Shown here: positions 1 through 12,599 of the stretch, in pieces
Position numbering within the stretch: position 1 is the stretch's first letter
Layout: each line of letters starts with the position of its first letter
Assembly: GCA_000697335.1 (NCBI GenBank)
Contig: JNEM01012004.1
Coordinates: forward strand, 1-32,879
DNA length: 32,879 nucleotides
Direction: 5' to 3'
From: Conidiobolus incongruus B7586
Lineage: Eukaryota
Position numbers and translations under genes: made by a program
Notes under the pieces: model-generated
What the model saw: the letters and a program-made list of their open reading frames with translations, nothing else
Database searches by the model: none
Told to the model about the DNA's origin: nothing

Positions 1-1365
1 TATTCTTATATCTCTAATATGTAGTTATTATATTAATATAATAATTATAATAATTATCTATTATATTTTTTTATTTGATTGAAAAATATAAAGTATAAAT
101 AAATTTTTAGTAATTTACTTTTTGGCTTTTAATTTAATAATCTCGAAAAAAATCCCATCTATATCTAATATTTTCTTTATAAATTATTGATAAACATTTG
201 TTATGTTAAAATGTCTATAGTTCTTTTTGAGTAAAATTATTTTAAATCACTTTTTATACCTATTATTTAATCAAATAATATTTTTTTTAATAATAAAATT
301 ATATAAAAATAATGTATTAAATAATAATAATAGATACAAGAATATTATAGATCAAAAATAATATTTATTTGATTTATTTTATATTAACATATTCTCAATA
401 CTTTTTTATTATTTCAAATATCAAAAATTAATTAATTTACTTTATTCATATGTGTAATATTTGGAAAAACTCCATGTATATCTTATTAAATCAAAAATTG
501 ATATTATATAGTTAAAAATATAATAGTGCTAAAACGTTATTGAAAAAACGAAATAAATTCATTCATTTTAATAATTGTTTATTATAATTTGAAGCTCTAT
601 TATTAAAGATTTTTATTGAAATTATATTATTATGATTTTAAAATGTATTTTTTGTTTATATGAAAATTTTAAAATAACAACCTTAATATTTTACTTTAGC
701 TTTAAATATGAATCGAAACTTTTTTTGAGTATAAGATATAATATTATTAATATTTAATTATCAAAGAAATAAATAATTTCAACTTAAAGTTATATATTAA
801 CTCTTTGTCTAAAATTGAAATCAAATTGAATTTTACTCAAAATAGTTTTATTTCAAAATTTATATTATTCATTTAATATATTGATGAATAATAAGAATTA
901 CTATATTATTCTAGTATTGGAAACTAAGATAGTTATTTTGAGTTCAGATTGATTATGTATGACATAGATTAAATTGATATAATTTATTTAGTTTTTTATT
1001 TGAAAGTTTCCTTCTGATAGCTAGCGTCTTTTTTTCAGATTAATATTGATATAATTGAAATAAAAAGGTAAATGTATGAAATAATTTGGTAGTAATGTAA
1101 TAATTTTAAAATAATTATATATTTCAATTGAATTAACATTAAAATATAATATTCTCTCAATTCAAAAATTTTACTTAATTTCATAAAAAATTTTTATTTT
1201 GTTTTTCAAATTCATATATTTAATTAAATTAGATGATTGCTGGATCAATTTTGCTGTATATAATTGTATCAAATTATAAAATACATTATCAGGGTAAAAA
1301 ATTTTAATTTAAAAATACAAATGTATATATTAATAAAATAGTTGATAATAATCTTTAATATTTTA

Positions 1366-2362
1366 ATGTTAAGTATATAAACCATTTTATTTTATTTATC
1401 TTTAGCTGCTATATTTTATATTTGGATTTCCCTTCAATATCTAATATTAGTGTCAAAAAATTGTAGCAAATTATTGACACTGCAGATGAGAGAATTCTTA
1501 CAAGGATGGTCAAAAGACATAATACAAAATCTTGATGACTCTCCTCCTATAAAACTAGATAGACCGACCATAATTAAGATCCCTTTTTTAGAAAGCGATA
1601 AATATGATCTAGAATCACCAATTCGACCATATTACTGCACTTCAATGGGTTCCTGTACTTGAATTATTTTCTAAAGTAATTTCAAAGGTTTATATTTTTA
1701 AAATTCTTCAGAGAGATTAATTATTAAAGTACCCATATTATGATGATCTAAGAAACTATTAAGGGAATAATTGTTTGGCATAGAACTAGTATCCATCTAC
1801 CCATCTGTATGAGAGATTTTTTTGGATTGGTTTCATTTGAAAGATGAATAAAAATATTCTAGTTCATAGTTATTATATTACTTGAAATATCTGTCAATCC
1901 GAAATAAATTCATATTTGATTCATATAATTCAAGGACGATTATTATAGTGCTTATGAAATAATAATTACTGGTCAGAGTTTGAGAAGATCCACTTCTATA
2001 TTTCATGATGCTAAAGAAGATAGATACATTCTCGCAACTGGAAATGAGGTTGAATTATTCTATTATCATAGTACTAGAGCCGTTAATAGAATTCTGTTTA
2101 TCATATTATCCGTCTACATATTCCAGTGATCGGATATGAGAAAAGAAATGATCTATTCAGTGATATTAATCCTAGGTAGATATGTTACATCCAGATATCT
2201 GGTGATATACACTTATCATTCTCTTCAACATTCTCCGAGCCGCCTATATTATTTGACCAAGGTATTGATCAAGATCTAAATCACAATAGCAAGATAGTTT
2301 TTTTCCTCATTCCTTTCATTCATTTTTGCTGCTTTAATAAACATATTCTTCCACATTGATGA
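1366..2362 (+). pseudogene. Decayed class 3 lipase paralog of 5567-6559
   Basis: Manual translation across stops and frameshifts is collinear with the intact lipase: EFLQGW..PPIKLD vs EFPEGW..PPEKLD (the 1450-1662 ORF is this piece); IKGIIVWHR..MRDF vs IKEIVVSHR..LRDF; IIITGQSLRR vs VIITGHSLGG; ATGNEVELFYYHSTR vs ATGHDVELFVYHSPR; FNKHILPH* vs FNKPAIPMC*. Overall span ~997 nt vs 993 nt. Multiple in-frame stops. Confidence 0.88.
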
Positions 2363-3898
2363 ATAGAGCTTTCTATTCTATTCATTTTTTGTAATTTTAT
2401 AAATTTTAATATATACTACATCTATAGGCATATTTCAAAATTTTATTGTAATAAAATTATATAATAATTCAGATTATAATAGTTTCTAAAAATTTGAATG
2501 AATATTGTTATTTCTTTAAAATATTATGGTTAATAAAAAATAAAAATCATTTAATCAATCTAGAATTTATATTTAAAATAATAGCTTAAAAAATTAAAAT
2601 ATAAATTTATAAAATTAATTTATTACAACTCAAGTCAAAGTATTTTGAATATATATTTTTTAAAATATACTATATGGAGAATGTTTATAAAATAAGAATC
2701 AATTTTATCCACTCACTATTATATATAAAATAAATTTTAAAATTATTATTATTATTGATTATAAAATTATTTTCAATTTTCTGAATATATTATATAAAAG
2801 GTTATAAATTGGGTTTTAATAGATAAAATAAGATTAACCACAATATATTAATATATAAAATATTCCACGATATGATATAATTAATATATTTAATTTTGTA
2901 TTTTTTTTGAATAATACTAGATTATTGTGAAAAAATGACAATTCCTAATAATATTTAATTGATAATAATTTGTTATTATATAAAAAATTAGCTCAGGTAA
3001 TATATTAACCGCTTTAGTATAACCAAAATCATAATAACTCAATATTTTTCTAGAATCATTAACTTAATAAATGTTTATTAAGCGTTTAATTTAAAAAACA
3101 TTGCAAGAACTAAAATATAGGTAAAATTAATCAATCTGATTAAACTCAAATATGAAATTATTTTAGTGATTCATATATTCTATCTTGAATTTTCAAAATT
3201 TTTTGTACAAAATATTTAGTAAAATAGTTTATATTCATAAAACTCTATTTATTTATATAGAATAAATCTTGTTTTTAATTTTAATTAGTATATCAGAATA
3301 TATAATTTGAATTATTTTATTAAAAAATATAATCAGTATTTGAAAAACTAATACTTATAATATATAAACTAAGAATAATATTCAAAGCTATCTTTAAAAA
3401 GTTATTATCAATTAATTTGTCCTATTTAATATTAAAAAACTGATTATTTAAATTTTTTTTAAACTATTCAAAATTAAATCAAATTATAAAATAAAATGTC
3501 AAAATAAAATATTATTTTTTAATTTATAATATAAAATTATATAAACGCAAAAATTACATATAAAATATTTTTTTTAATATGGAAACTTTTGTTCTTATTA
3601 AATTCACAAAATATAATAATTTTATTCATTTCTATATTAATTCTTATAAATTTTGATTTGAGCCTTATAATAAATAAAATCATAAAAAATTATAATATTA
3701 TTAATATGTATTATTTGATTAATATTCATTATTCCAAGAATTCTAAAAACTTTTTAATATTTTCAAAATAATATATAATTAAATAATAAAATAAGTGTAA
3801 TATATAATTAGTTATTAGTAATATTATCAATCCATAATATTGATAGATATTAGGCATGTATCTTTAAGTAATATAAATGCTATCTTTATCTTTGAAAT

Positions 3899-4610
3899 AT
3901 GCAAATTGAATATCTAAGTTTAAAACATAAAAATATTAATTTATTGTTATTTGGGTATAATTTTTAAATATCAAAATATTATATTAGAAATGAATAAATA
4001 TAATTTTATTATAAAGGGATATTTTAGTAATATTAATTCATTTTTGCTTTCTCTCGATTAAATTTATCCTCTTTAAACTAATTCACTAAATCAAGTTTTA
4101 TTTTCTCTTGCCAACATCCTTTTCTCCTGGATCCAAACTCTGTTTTACTATTAAATATTGAATAAGATTATTTAATATCTGTGATAATATTATAATGTTA
4201 ATAACAGAATAATTCTGTAATATATTTTTCGTTATTTCAATTTTGTGTTATCATATTTATGAATATATTAAGAATTATCAAATAAAATGCTGAAAGTATT
4301 CTTAAAAAATTTAGAATAATTACTGGTTATTCATGATAATCAGGTTATAAATTTTAAATCTGGAAACAAATTTACAATTATTATATTCAAATTAGTAAAT
4401 TATGAGAATTCAGGAACTAATTTTTTAAAATAGAAAATAGAAAACTTGATAATTCAATTATTTTTCAAATTTAAAATTTGAATAAAATGAATTCTGAACC
4501 TTATGTATTTAATTTTTAGAATTACATAAAAAATTTAAAAATTCAATCTATAACATTAATTATTATGATCAATGTAAATGCTCTTTAACTAACCATTATA
4601 ATATTTGAAT
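3899..4610 (+). pseudogene. Heavily decayed, internally deleted lipase paralog
   Basis: Short matches to the intact lipase occur in the correct order: MQIEYL (3899) vs MKILNYL; WV*FLNIK vs WIEKLPVK; IKFYF (~4090) vs IKFHF; IITGYS (~4315) vs IITGHS; SEPYV (~4493) vs AEPMV; gatcaatgtaaatgctctttaac (~4567) vs gatcatataaatggctttaat (DHINGFN). Spacings are shorter than in the intact gene, implying deletions. Ends are approximate. Confidence 0.55.
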
Positions 4611-5487
4611 TCAAAAATAATAATAGCTGTTATTCGCTTTAAATAAGATATTTCTCAAAAAATAAAGAAATATATAGGTATATTTTGAAATTTGCAAAGA
4701 TCATATTAATTAACTTTCAATTTTATGCATGTTTATTATTCCATCTTATTATATATATATCGAAATTTAAATATTTTTATGATTGCTATAATTATTAAAT
4801 TATGTTTATTCAATATAATAAAATAATAATTTAAATGAGTTTAAAATGAAAATTTAAATATAATTATATAATAAAAATAAAAAAAAATTAATAATTTTTT
4901 TTCTATTTAAAAATTTGAAAATTTTGATTTAATAACTAAGAACAAAATAATTAATAAATTGGGAAAAGGGATAAAGTTCTTATATTCCATAATATCCTGA
5001 AATCAATTTTTTTCACTAATACTCACCCTTGAATTATTTTATTATTAAGGAAAAATCTTTTATTATTTAGGTTGAAAATTATTAATTTTAATTTCTAGTA
5101 ATTATGTAATATTTTTAATTGATATAATATTAAAAAATATAATCTTTTTATATATTAAAGTTAGAAGGTTAATTCAGTTTACAAATTTGTAATATTAAAT
5201 TAGTTTTTATTATTCAAATTAAGATATTATATACTAAAAATTAAATCATTGAAAATATATTGTATTTGATTATATCAATTTTAATAAAAATTTAAGGGTT
5301 GTATCATAAAAATATCTTTTTTCAAATCCAAAATTGGACTATTTTTTTTAAAATTAGTTATTATTTTTGGTTAACTTTAATGTGGAAATCGTTTAAACCT
5401 TGACATTGATATTGAAGCTAACAAATAAATATCAAACCCTTAATTAAAACTTATGGCTCTAAAGAATAGCGAAAATTGTAATATCAT

Positions 5488-5495
5488 TATAAAAG
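5488..5495 (+). promoter_or_regulatory. TATA box of lipase gene
   Basis: TATAAAAG starts 79 nt upstream of the ATG at 5567, similar to the TATA-ATG spacing of the array genes. Confidence 0.5.
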
Positions 5496-5566
5496 AGAGA
5501 AATTAGAAAGCATTTTGAATTATAACAAATTTCAAAAATATAATTTATTTTACTGAAGGAATAGGA

Positions 5567-6559
5567 ATGAAAATATTGAACTATTTATTGCTAACTACCT
5601 GTATCTCTGGTCAAATCATTTCCGATTGGATAGAGAAACTTCCAGTTAAATTAGGCCACAAAATAGAGTTGTTTGATTTATTCGAATTTCCCGAAGGTTG
5701 GATCAACGATTTGGCCAAGAATGATATATACTATCCCCCCGAGAAATTGGATGTAGAGACTAATGTTATTGTTCCTTCCATGGATCGCATTAAATTTCAC
5801 TTTAACTCTGCTTTGCAATCTTATTGCCATATTTCTCCTGACCTTTATATGAATTGCTTATTTGGAAAATGTCGCGGCTTCAAAATGTTGAAATCTTTTG
5901 ATCATTTATACTATGGAAGTATGGTAGTAATTGGAGTATATGAAGATATCAAGGAAATTGTTGTTTCTCACCGTGGTAGCTCTAACTTGCAAAATTGGTT
6001 AAGAGACTTTAGCTTTGGTTTTGTGGAATTGACAGGATTTAATCAAGATATCAAAATTCATAATGGTTTTTATAGTACTTATAAGAGTTATGCTCCTAAA
6101 GTAAACGAACATCTCTTCCAGATCTTGAAAGATCCCAAATACCAAGGATACAAGGTTATTATTACTGGTCATAGTTTGGGAGGTGGTACTGCTACTTTGC
6201 ATGCTGCTGACCAGACCCAAAACATCCGCGCTACTGGTCATGATGTTGAATTGTTTGTCTATCATAGCCCAAGAGTTGGAAACAAAGCATTCGTCGACCA
6301 TATGGTTAGCTTAAACATTCCAATGGCCAGATATACTAATAGAGGAGATATCGTTAGTCAAGTTCCCTTCCGTCATCAGGGTTATGTTCACATCCCCGTA
6401 GAAGTTCATTTACCCTATTCCACCTTATTTACTGCTGAGCCCATGGTTTGTTCTCAAAAGTACGACGAAGACCCTAAATGCCAATGGAGAGATCGTATCT
6501 ATCTCAATCCCATTGATCATATAAATGGCTTTAATAAGCCTGCAATTCCTATGTGTTAA
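5567..6559 (+). CDS. Secreted class 3 lipase (alpha/beta hydrolase, fungal Lipase_3 type)
   Basis: Intact 330-aa ORF with a hydrophobic N-terminal signal. Motifs: SHRGS..NWLRD oxyanion/lid segment, IHNGF, GHSLGG nucleophile elbow, SPRVGN, TNRGDIV (catalytic Asp), GYVH, C-terminal DH (catalytic His). Confidence 0.95.
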   Translation: MKILNYLLLTTCISGQIISDWIEKLPVKLGHKIELFDLFEFPEGWINDLAKNDIYYPPEKLDVETNVIVPSMDRIKFHFNSALQSYCHISPDLYMNCLFGKCRGFKMLKSFDHLYYGSMVVIGVYEDIKEIVVSHRGSSNLQNWLRDFSFGFVELTGFNQDIKIHNGFYSTYKSYAPKVNEHLFQILKDPKYQGYKVIITGHSLGGGTATLHAADQTQNIRATGHDVELFVYHSPRVGNKAFVDHMVSLNIPMARYTNRGDIVSQVPFRHQGYVHIPVEVHLPYSTLFTAEPMVCSQKYDEDPKCQWRDRIYLNPIDHINGFNKPAIPMC

Positions 6560-7109
6560 ATTATATTTATTCAAATTTTTAATTATTGAAATAAATATCT
6601 TTTTTATTATGATGAAAATTTTATTTAATAATTTGAATAATTAAAAAATAAGTTTTTAAATTTGTTTTAAGCAAATTAGGATTAAGAAAAGGTAGCTATA
6701 CTTTATTTAATTTTGGGAAATTGCTCTTACTTTAGTAATCGATTTACACCAATATCAACAAAAATATAACTAAATATTACAATCTGTTGATAATAGATAG
6801 TATGTCAGGAGTATATTGATATTTTATCAAAATACAACTATATTTTTCTCAGTTTGAAATAGCTTTGAATAATTAATTTTAGTAAATTTTGAATTTTTTA
6901 ATATTTCATTTAATAATAATAATTACATTTAAGAGCAAATTTTATTTGAATAATAATATATAAAAGTTTTTAAATTATTTGATTTCAAAAAAATATTTAA
7001 TTTGTTTAATATAAATTTCTCATTTTATAATAATAAATTTTTTTTGAAATATTTATAAAATGACAAAATTTGTGATTATCTTTAATTCATTTAAATATTA
7101 GAATTAATT

Positions 7110-8175
7110 TGAATCACTTGCTGATGGTAATGCTTAAAATTATGTTATATTTCAAAAACACACGTCCGTCTCAATTCGATAGTTAAGTGAATGTTACCAC
7201 CCATTCATAATGGATTTGTTGGTCCATAATAAAATAATGTTCTTTAATTCCTATCCCAATCCTATGTCATCCACTGAACAAACTATTTAAACCCAGAAGT
7301 GATAAGGATAGGGAAGCATTCTATTTTTTCTAGATGTTCTGTTACGATGTCTCAATAGTAAGTAAGCTTTAAGACTTATGGGATTAATAAATAATTTATT
7401 AAGTTGTATTATGAGAGCTTTTCTAACCATAAGCTCTATTTACAAAACTTATTATAAAACACAACAATTAATCAATTCTATAATATTAAGGTATATCAAA
7501 TATAATTTAACTGATCAACTTGAATTAATATAAAATAATTTGATTAATAATGCATATTATCTTTAATTAGCACTAAGTTTAATAATTTTTCATTTATTTA
7601 ATATTTGATATTTTATATTTTGTAAATATTATATGATCAAATACTATTTGTGAATAAGATTCCAAACTAATATGTTAGTTTTAAAGATTATTTAATATAA
7701 ATTTGCCAACAAAGGTTGAATTATATTTTAAGATCAAAATTGTATTTGTATTGTCACGAGCCAGGCGACTCCCTTCTACCTAAGTATTTTTACTTCAACC
7801 TAATGTTAAAGTCATTTCTCCCTCGCATATCATCTGCTCCCGCTCTATCTTTTAGTTGGCCGATGATGCAAGTAACCGGAGAATCTCATGAATCACCTTA
7901 CCTAACTCACTCTAAAACCCAGAACTAGAGCTATCCTTAACAAGAAGAATTCGATCTGGGTCCTCCCAGCTAATTGACTTAAACCAATAAACCCCCTATC
8001 TCCCTAGCACTTACCCGGGATTCCCTAGATCCCTATCTTTATTTAAATAACTCTGGATACGGCTTTTCCAAGACGTGTTAGTATAAATTTCATTAACATA
8101 TTTTTTTGTCTTGATAGAGGGATTGAAGATGAAGGATTTGAAAACTCAACCAAAGTTTATGGGCCTGAAGACTAA
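7110..8175 (+). pseudogene. Possible third lipase relic, interrupted by the solo LTR at 7752-8080
   Basis: IHNGF (~7203) is followed by KHS (~7314) at the same 32-codon spacing as IHNGF..GHS in the intact lipase. KVELY (~7712) resembles PVEVH. After the LTR, CLDRGIEDEGFENSTKVYGPED* (8107-8175) resembles the C..ED..C.NS......DH tail of class 3 lipases. The middle part does not align cleanly. Confidence 0.35.
7752..8080 (+). mobile_element. Solo LTR (Ty3/gypsy-like termini)
   Basis: 329-bp GC-richer island starting TGTCACG and ending CGTGTTA (imperfect inverted termini). It is flanked by a 4-bp direct repeat GTAT (7748-7751 and 8081-8084) and has an internal AATAAA at 7986. Confidence 0.65.
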
Positions 8176-10298
8176 TTAAAATTGAATGATAATTATAAAA
8201 GCAATTATTTTAATCGACATCTATTATACCAAACTTAAATTCAAATTTTCTTAATTATATTAAAATTATAAAATTTTCTATTGATTATTAAATTTTTTCA
8301 AAAATTTTGTAATAAAAATATTTATTTATTTTTAATTGATTAAGATCCTAATGATTAAAAATTTGAAAATATTCAATTTTATAGATTTATTATATATAAT
8401 TTATTGAAGTATATTGAAATTTATTGGATAAACCTATCAAAAAATAATAACAAATCTTTGTGTATTTTGTAAATGTATTAGAAATTACAATATTTCCATA
8501 GTAATTTGATCATATATCAAAAACTCTATGAGTTGATATTTTATTGTGATAAATAAAATTTAATCAAGTATTTCCTATTCTTTAATAAATATTAACAATG
8601 AGTTATTTCTCAGTGTTAAGGATAAGGTAAAAAGTTGAATGTTATGCCTGCTGGATATATTAAGAGGTAAGGATAAGTACTAATAAAGTAGATTGCTTAT
8701 AAATCACAATTATCTATAATATTTTTAATTAAGAATTACAAGATTTGATGTTATCTTAGTTCTTAACTTAATCACCAATTAATAAGTAATAACTTAAAAA
8801 TTTAAGTTATTTAATAGATTTGTGATGGAAAAAGATGTTTTTATTATGATGGTTATAACTAAAGTTATATATCTATGGTAATTTATAGATTATAACTCAT
8901 TTTCTAAAAGGTTAAAGTTCATCAATATCAAAATAACAATTATAAATAACTAGTGAGGCTTTGTTATATATAAGTGAATCAAAAGTAATATCAATATTTA
9001 ATAATATTATAGAAGTAACTTAACTATCAAATTATTTGCTAATAATATAAATTCAATAAATTAAAAATTCACATTATATATTTTAAAATTATTCTTTTAA
9101 TTCAATATTAAAAATTCTGTTTTATGTTATTAATTATTATTATTATTATATATTAGAGATATATTATGATTTGTATTAAAATAATATTTTTATTTATAAG
9201 AAAATTGAGAGGCTATTTTCTAGTTATTTTTTTTTGAATATTTCTTATTAATTAATAAATAATATAAGTTTAACAACTATAATAGAATCAATATTTATCT
9301 TAATATTGTATATAATAGTATTATCAAATGGATTTTATCACTAATACAGAATCTTACAAATATACAATTTAAATTATTACAAAAAATTGATTTTAATTTT
9401 AAAAGCATATTACAATAAATTGCTGTATTATTTTGTCAACAAAATCAATGTCAAGAGACTAGATATTTAAATTCTTATATATAACCACATATATTTATTA
9501 ATTTTTAATTAGCTAAATAATTTATACTTTTAAAGTTAATTTAATCATATAAATAACATTAATGTAGCTAATAAATATGGTTCATCTTGTTCCTCTTAAT
9601 ATCTTGCTATTTTTCTTGAATTATTATTAATTGCTATTTTTATAAGAACTGAGAATATTATTACTAATGTTATAATTATATTAAATAATAAATTTAAAGT
9701 CTAAAAGAACTCACTGATGTATTAAATTATTTATGTCATTTCTAAGTTTTCTTCTACACTACACTGACTTTAACCTCTAATTACTATTACAAAAATAATA
9801 CTTTTATAAAAAGAATATTATTGTCTAACTAATAATAAATGATTTATTGTTTCTATCAAATATAGCATAGTATAGTATATATATGAATAAAAAGACATAT
9901 ATTTTATTAAAATCTATATTACCAATAATATTATCCGGCAAGTTGACAATTATTAAAAATATTACTATAAATATAAATTTAATAATAAATAGTAAAAATT
10001 AGATTATTAATTCTTCCATGAACAAAAACTGAAAATAGATATTCTCATTGAAATATATTGTTAAATTGAATATAAAAATTATTTGAGTAGATGGAATTCT
10101 GACCAATTTAAAAATTATTTTTTATAATTTTTATTTTTAATTTTAAATGTAATTTTTACATTGTAAATGAATTCATATTACAATATAAGTGTATAAAATA
10201 CAAATGAAATTTTTATAAAAATAAGTCTATAAATATTCAAAAATTAATAAAAGGGTTATTAATTATGATTTATTATATGATAAATATTAAAACTAAAG

Positions 10299-11255
10299 CT
10301 ATTCTTTAATACCTAAAAATCGATAAATTTGATCCCGAATACACTTATTAACTGTAATAGTAACTAAAGGAGACAGAAACTTGTGAACTAGTATTAAACA
10401 AACAGATATTGTGTCAACCAAGGGCGATCTGGATTTATTTCCCACCATCTCTTGGATCATCACCCATCCAAAGGGAATGAAACAGGTTAAAAAGATAGTA
10501 CAGTATAACACCGATTTAAGGGCTACTTGTGCTACTTTAATCCATGAACTATCAATATGAAGACCGTTTTTAGATAATTTGACACTCGAAACATTGCTCA
10601 AATGATTAGAAGACATGGATGACATTTCTGAAATCACTTTGCCAAAGTAGCTGGTAATTGAAAAGTAGAAAAAAATAGTTAAAAAAGTACAACTGGAAAT
10701 TGATACTATTGTAAGAATAAAATAACCAAGAATAATCTTATCTTCTGGGATGTACTTTAAAAAGCAATAACCACCAGAAGGCATCACATTAAATTTACCT
10801 AGCAACGCTATGCTAAGTCCAACACCAAATGGTATTCCCCATTGACCATATTGCATAATAATCATGGATTTTGGTGACCAAGTTTTTCTGCCTACAATAG
10901 TTTGATACCTCCAAAAAGCACATAATGTAGCTGAGAATAACCAAGTCATTAAGCAAGTAGTTGAAACCATTCCTTCGATTTGACACATCGTATAAGATAA
11001 ATACTCTTGATTACTCCAAAATTTAATTGGAAACCATATCAAACACCATAATGCATAAATAACATCAATAATAACAATTTGTGAAATAATTAAATTGTCG
11101 GGAGTTCTCATTTTTGATGATCCAAAGATACTAAGAAGAATAAAAATACTAGGTATTAAAGTCAAAATAGCGCTAAACACAAATGCCGATCCAGCGATGA
11201 GCGCTTGCCAACTATTGGGAGCTTCAACTCCCGACACTTGGAAGAGTGGATTCAT
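10299..11255 (-). CDS. Rhodopsin-like (class A) G protein-coupled receptor, 7TM
   Basis: Intact 318-aa ORF with seven hydrophobic segments. Features: TM2 Asp (IIDV), Cys at the top of TM3 (MCQIEG), WRY at the DRY position, TM4 W..P, ECL2 PSGGYC (likely disulfide partner), TM6 CFIP (CWxP-like), TM7 SPLVT (NPxxY-like), and a helix-8-like NKCIR..I segment. Confidence 0.88.
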   Translation of the reverse strand: MNPLFQVSGVEAPNSWQALIAGSAFVFSAILTLIPSIFILLSIFGSSKMRTPDNLIISQIVIIDVIYALWCLIWFPIKFWSNQEYLSYTMCQIEGMVSTTCLMTWLFSATLCAFWRYQTIVGRKTWSPKSMIIMQYGQWGIPFGVGLSIALLGKFNVMPSGGYCFLKYIPEDKIILGYFILTIVSISSCTFLTIFFYFSITSYFGKVISEMSSMSSNHLSNVSSVKLSKNGLHIDSSWIKVAQVALKSVLYCTIFLTCFIPFGWVMIQEMVGNKSRSPLVDTISVCLILVHKFLSPLVTITVNKCIRDQIYRFLGIKE

Positions 11256-11310
11256 TTTTAGGATGTATAAATTTAAACTAAAAATCAGAATTTGCTTGCG
11301 TCAAACTGGA

Positions 11311-11318
11311 ATTTATAT
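11311..11318 (-). promoter_or_regulatory. TATA box of GPCR gene
   Basis: TATAAA on the minus strand about 60 nt upstream of the ATG at 11255, with TTAGTT about 36 nt downstream of the TATA start. Confidence 0.4.
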
Positions 11319-12599
11319 CTCATCATAAAAGTGACTTGTAAAACTAATTACAATTGATTTACATTAAATTAACAGGCATTAGAATCAGACTGTTTTTCTT
11401 AACTCTCATTGTGCTATAAATTACGGTTCTTTAAACCAGTGAATTGAAGATCGTTAAATATTTGCATAATGCATTTAATTTCAGTAGTTTTAATAAAAAT
11501 AAGAATAATAAAATAAATTTTTTTTTCCATTTTTTGATAATTAATAATCCTAAAATTGGTTAATAATTCTTATATTACTAAAATGTTATTTACTATAATT
11601 TTATAAGATAAGAAAATTTAATTAATTTTAATTTATTAATATTATAAAATAGAATTTTGTTTAAAAAAAACATTTGGATTTTTCCTATATTTTTTGTTAT
11701 AAAATTAAAAAAAATTATTAACAGATTAAACAGAACACTTAAGTCATAATGCGGTTTTTGGCACCTGTATAGCGTCTAAAACTAAAAAAGTAAATATAAT
11801 CACTCATTATAATTTCGATATTTATTCACATTTAATATTCTTATGTTCTGAACTAGAAGCAATTATTTGCTGAATGGTGGTTTAGAATTATCCTTGTGAT
11901 TGTTACAAAAGCATAATTCATCCAATGTGAAATCTATATTTTTTAATAAGAATAATCTGAAATTAAAAAATGATTCAAATATGTTTTTGTTTTTCTCAAT
12001 TAACTTATAAAAATGTATTATATACACTTATGTCAATTAACTAAATGATTAATTTGTATGTTCTTTTATATCGACTTGATATACTTTACAGAAGTTCAAC
12101 TAGTTAATAATTCAGTTAGGAAATTAATGCAACTAATTATTAAAAAATTTGAACTCAATTTATTATCCATATTCTTTTACATGATAATAGATTTATTCAC
12201 TAAAGATACCTAATTATTTATTGAAATTTTTACAAGTATTCTATTTTGAAAATTTTATTCAACTTACCAAAGTTATTAATCAATACTCAAGCTTCGGATG
12301 TAAATCATGTATGATAATTGGAATTAAATTTTGAATATATAAACAATAAAGTAAAATATCGAAATATTCATAATATTGTAAACAATTTTGAAATTAGAGT
12401 GAAACCATTTCGGTTCAATATTTAAATTAATAGATCAATGAAAGATTTTTTTATTTATTAAAATTTTTAAAAAATCCTGATGAAATTATTTTTTTAAAGT
12501 TGAATTTATATTAATTTAATAATTTTAATTAAAATATGCCTAAATTGTTATTATATAAAGATATTATGGTTAAATATGAAATTAAATTTTTCTCTCTAT

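Noticed and set aside
900..1000. A further lipase relic (SIGN*, DII)
   Set aside because: Only two very short matches with imperfect spacing, too weak against the AT-rich background.
3589..3771. 60-aa ORF rich in I/N/L/K
   Set aside because: Non-ATG start and composition dictated by extreme AT content.
5999..6301. Antisense or alternative-frame ORFs (5999-6301, 11095-11328, 16989-17225, 17024-17236, 20267-20551, 25665-25916)
   Set aside because: These are shadows of well-supported genes, are not conserved as ORFs across the paralog set, and have no motifs.
7716..7928. 70-aa ORF
   Set aside because: It starts with TTG and runs from the flank into the solo LTR; a chance open frame.
10360..10400. 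TM7 lysine (VHKFLSP) as a retinal-binding opsin lysine
   Set aside because: It lies 4 residues before the TM7 Pro (position 7.46). The opsin Schiff-base Lys is 7 before (7.43), which is Leu here.
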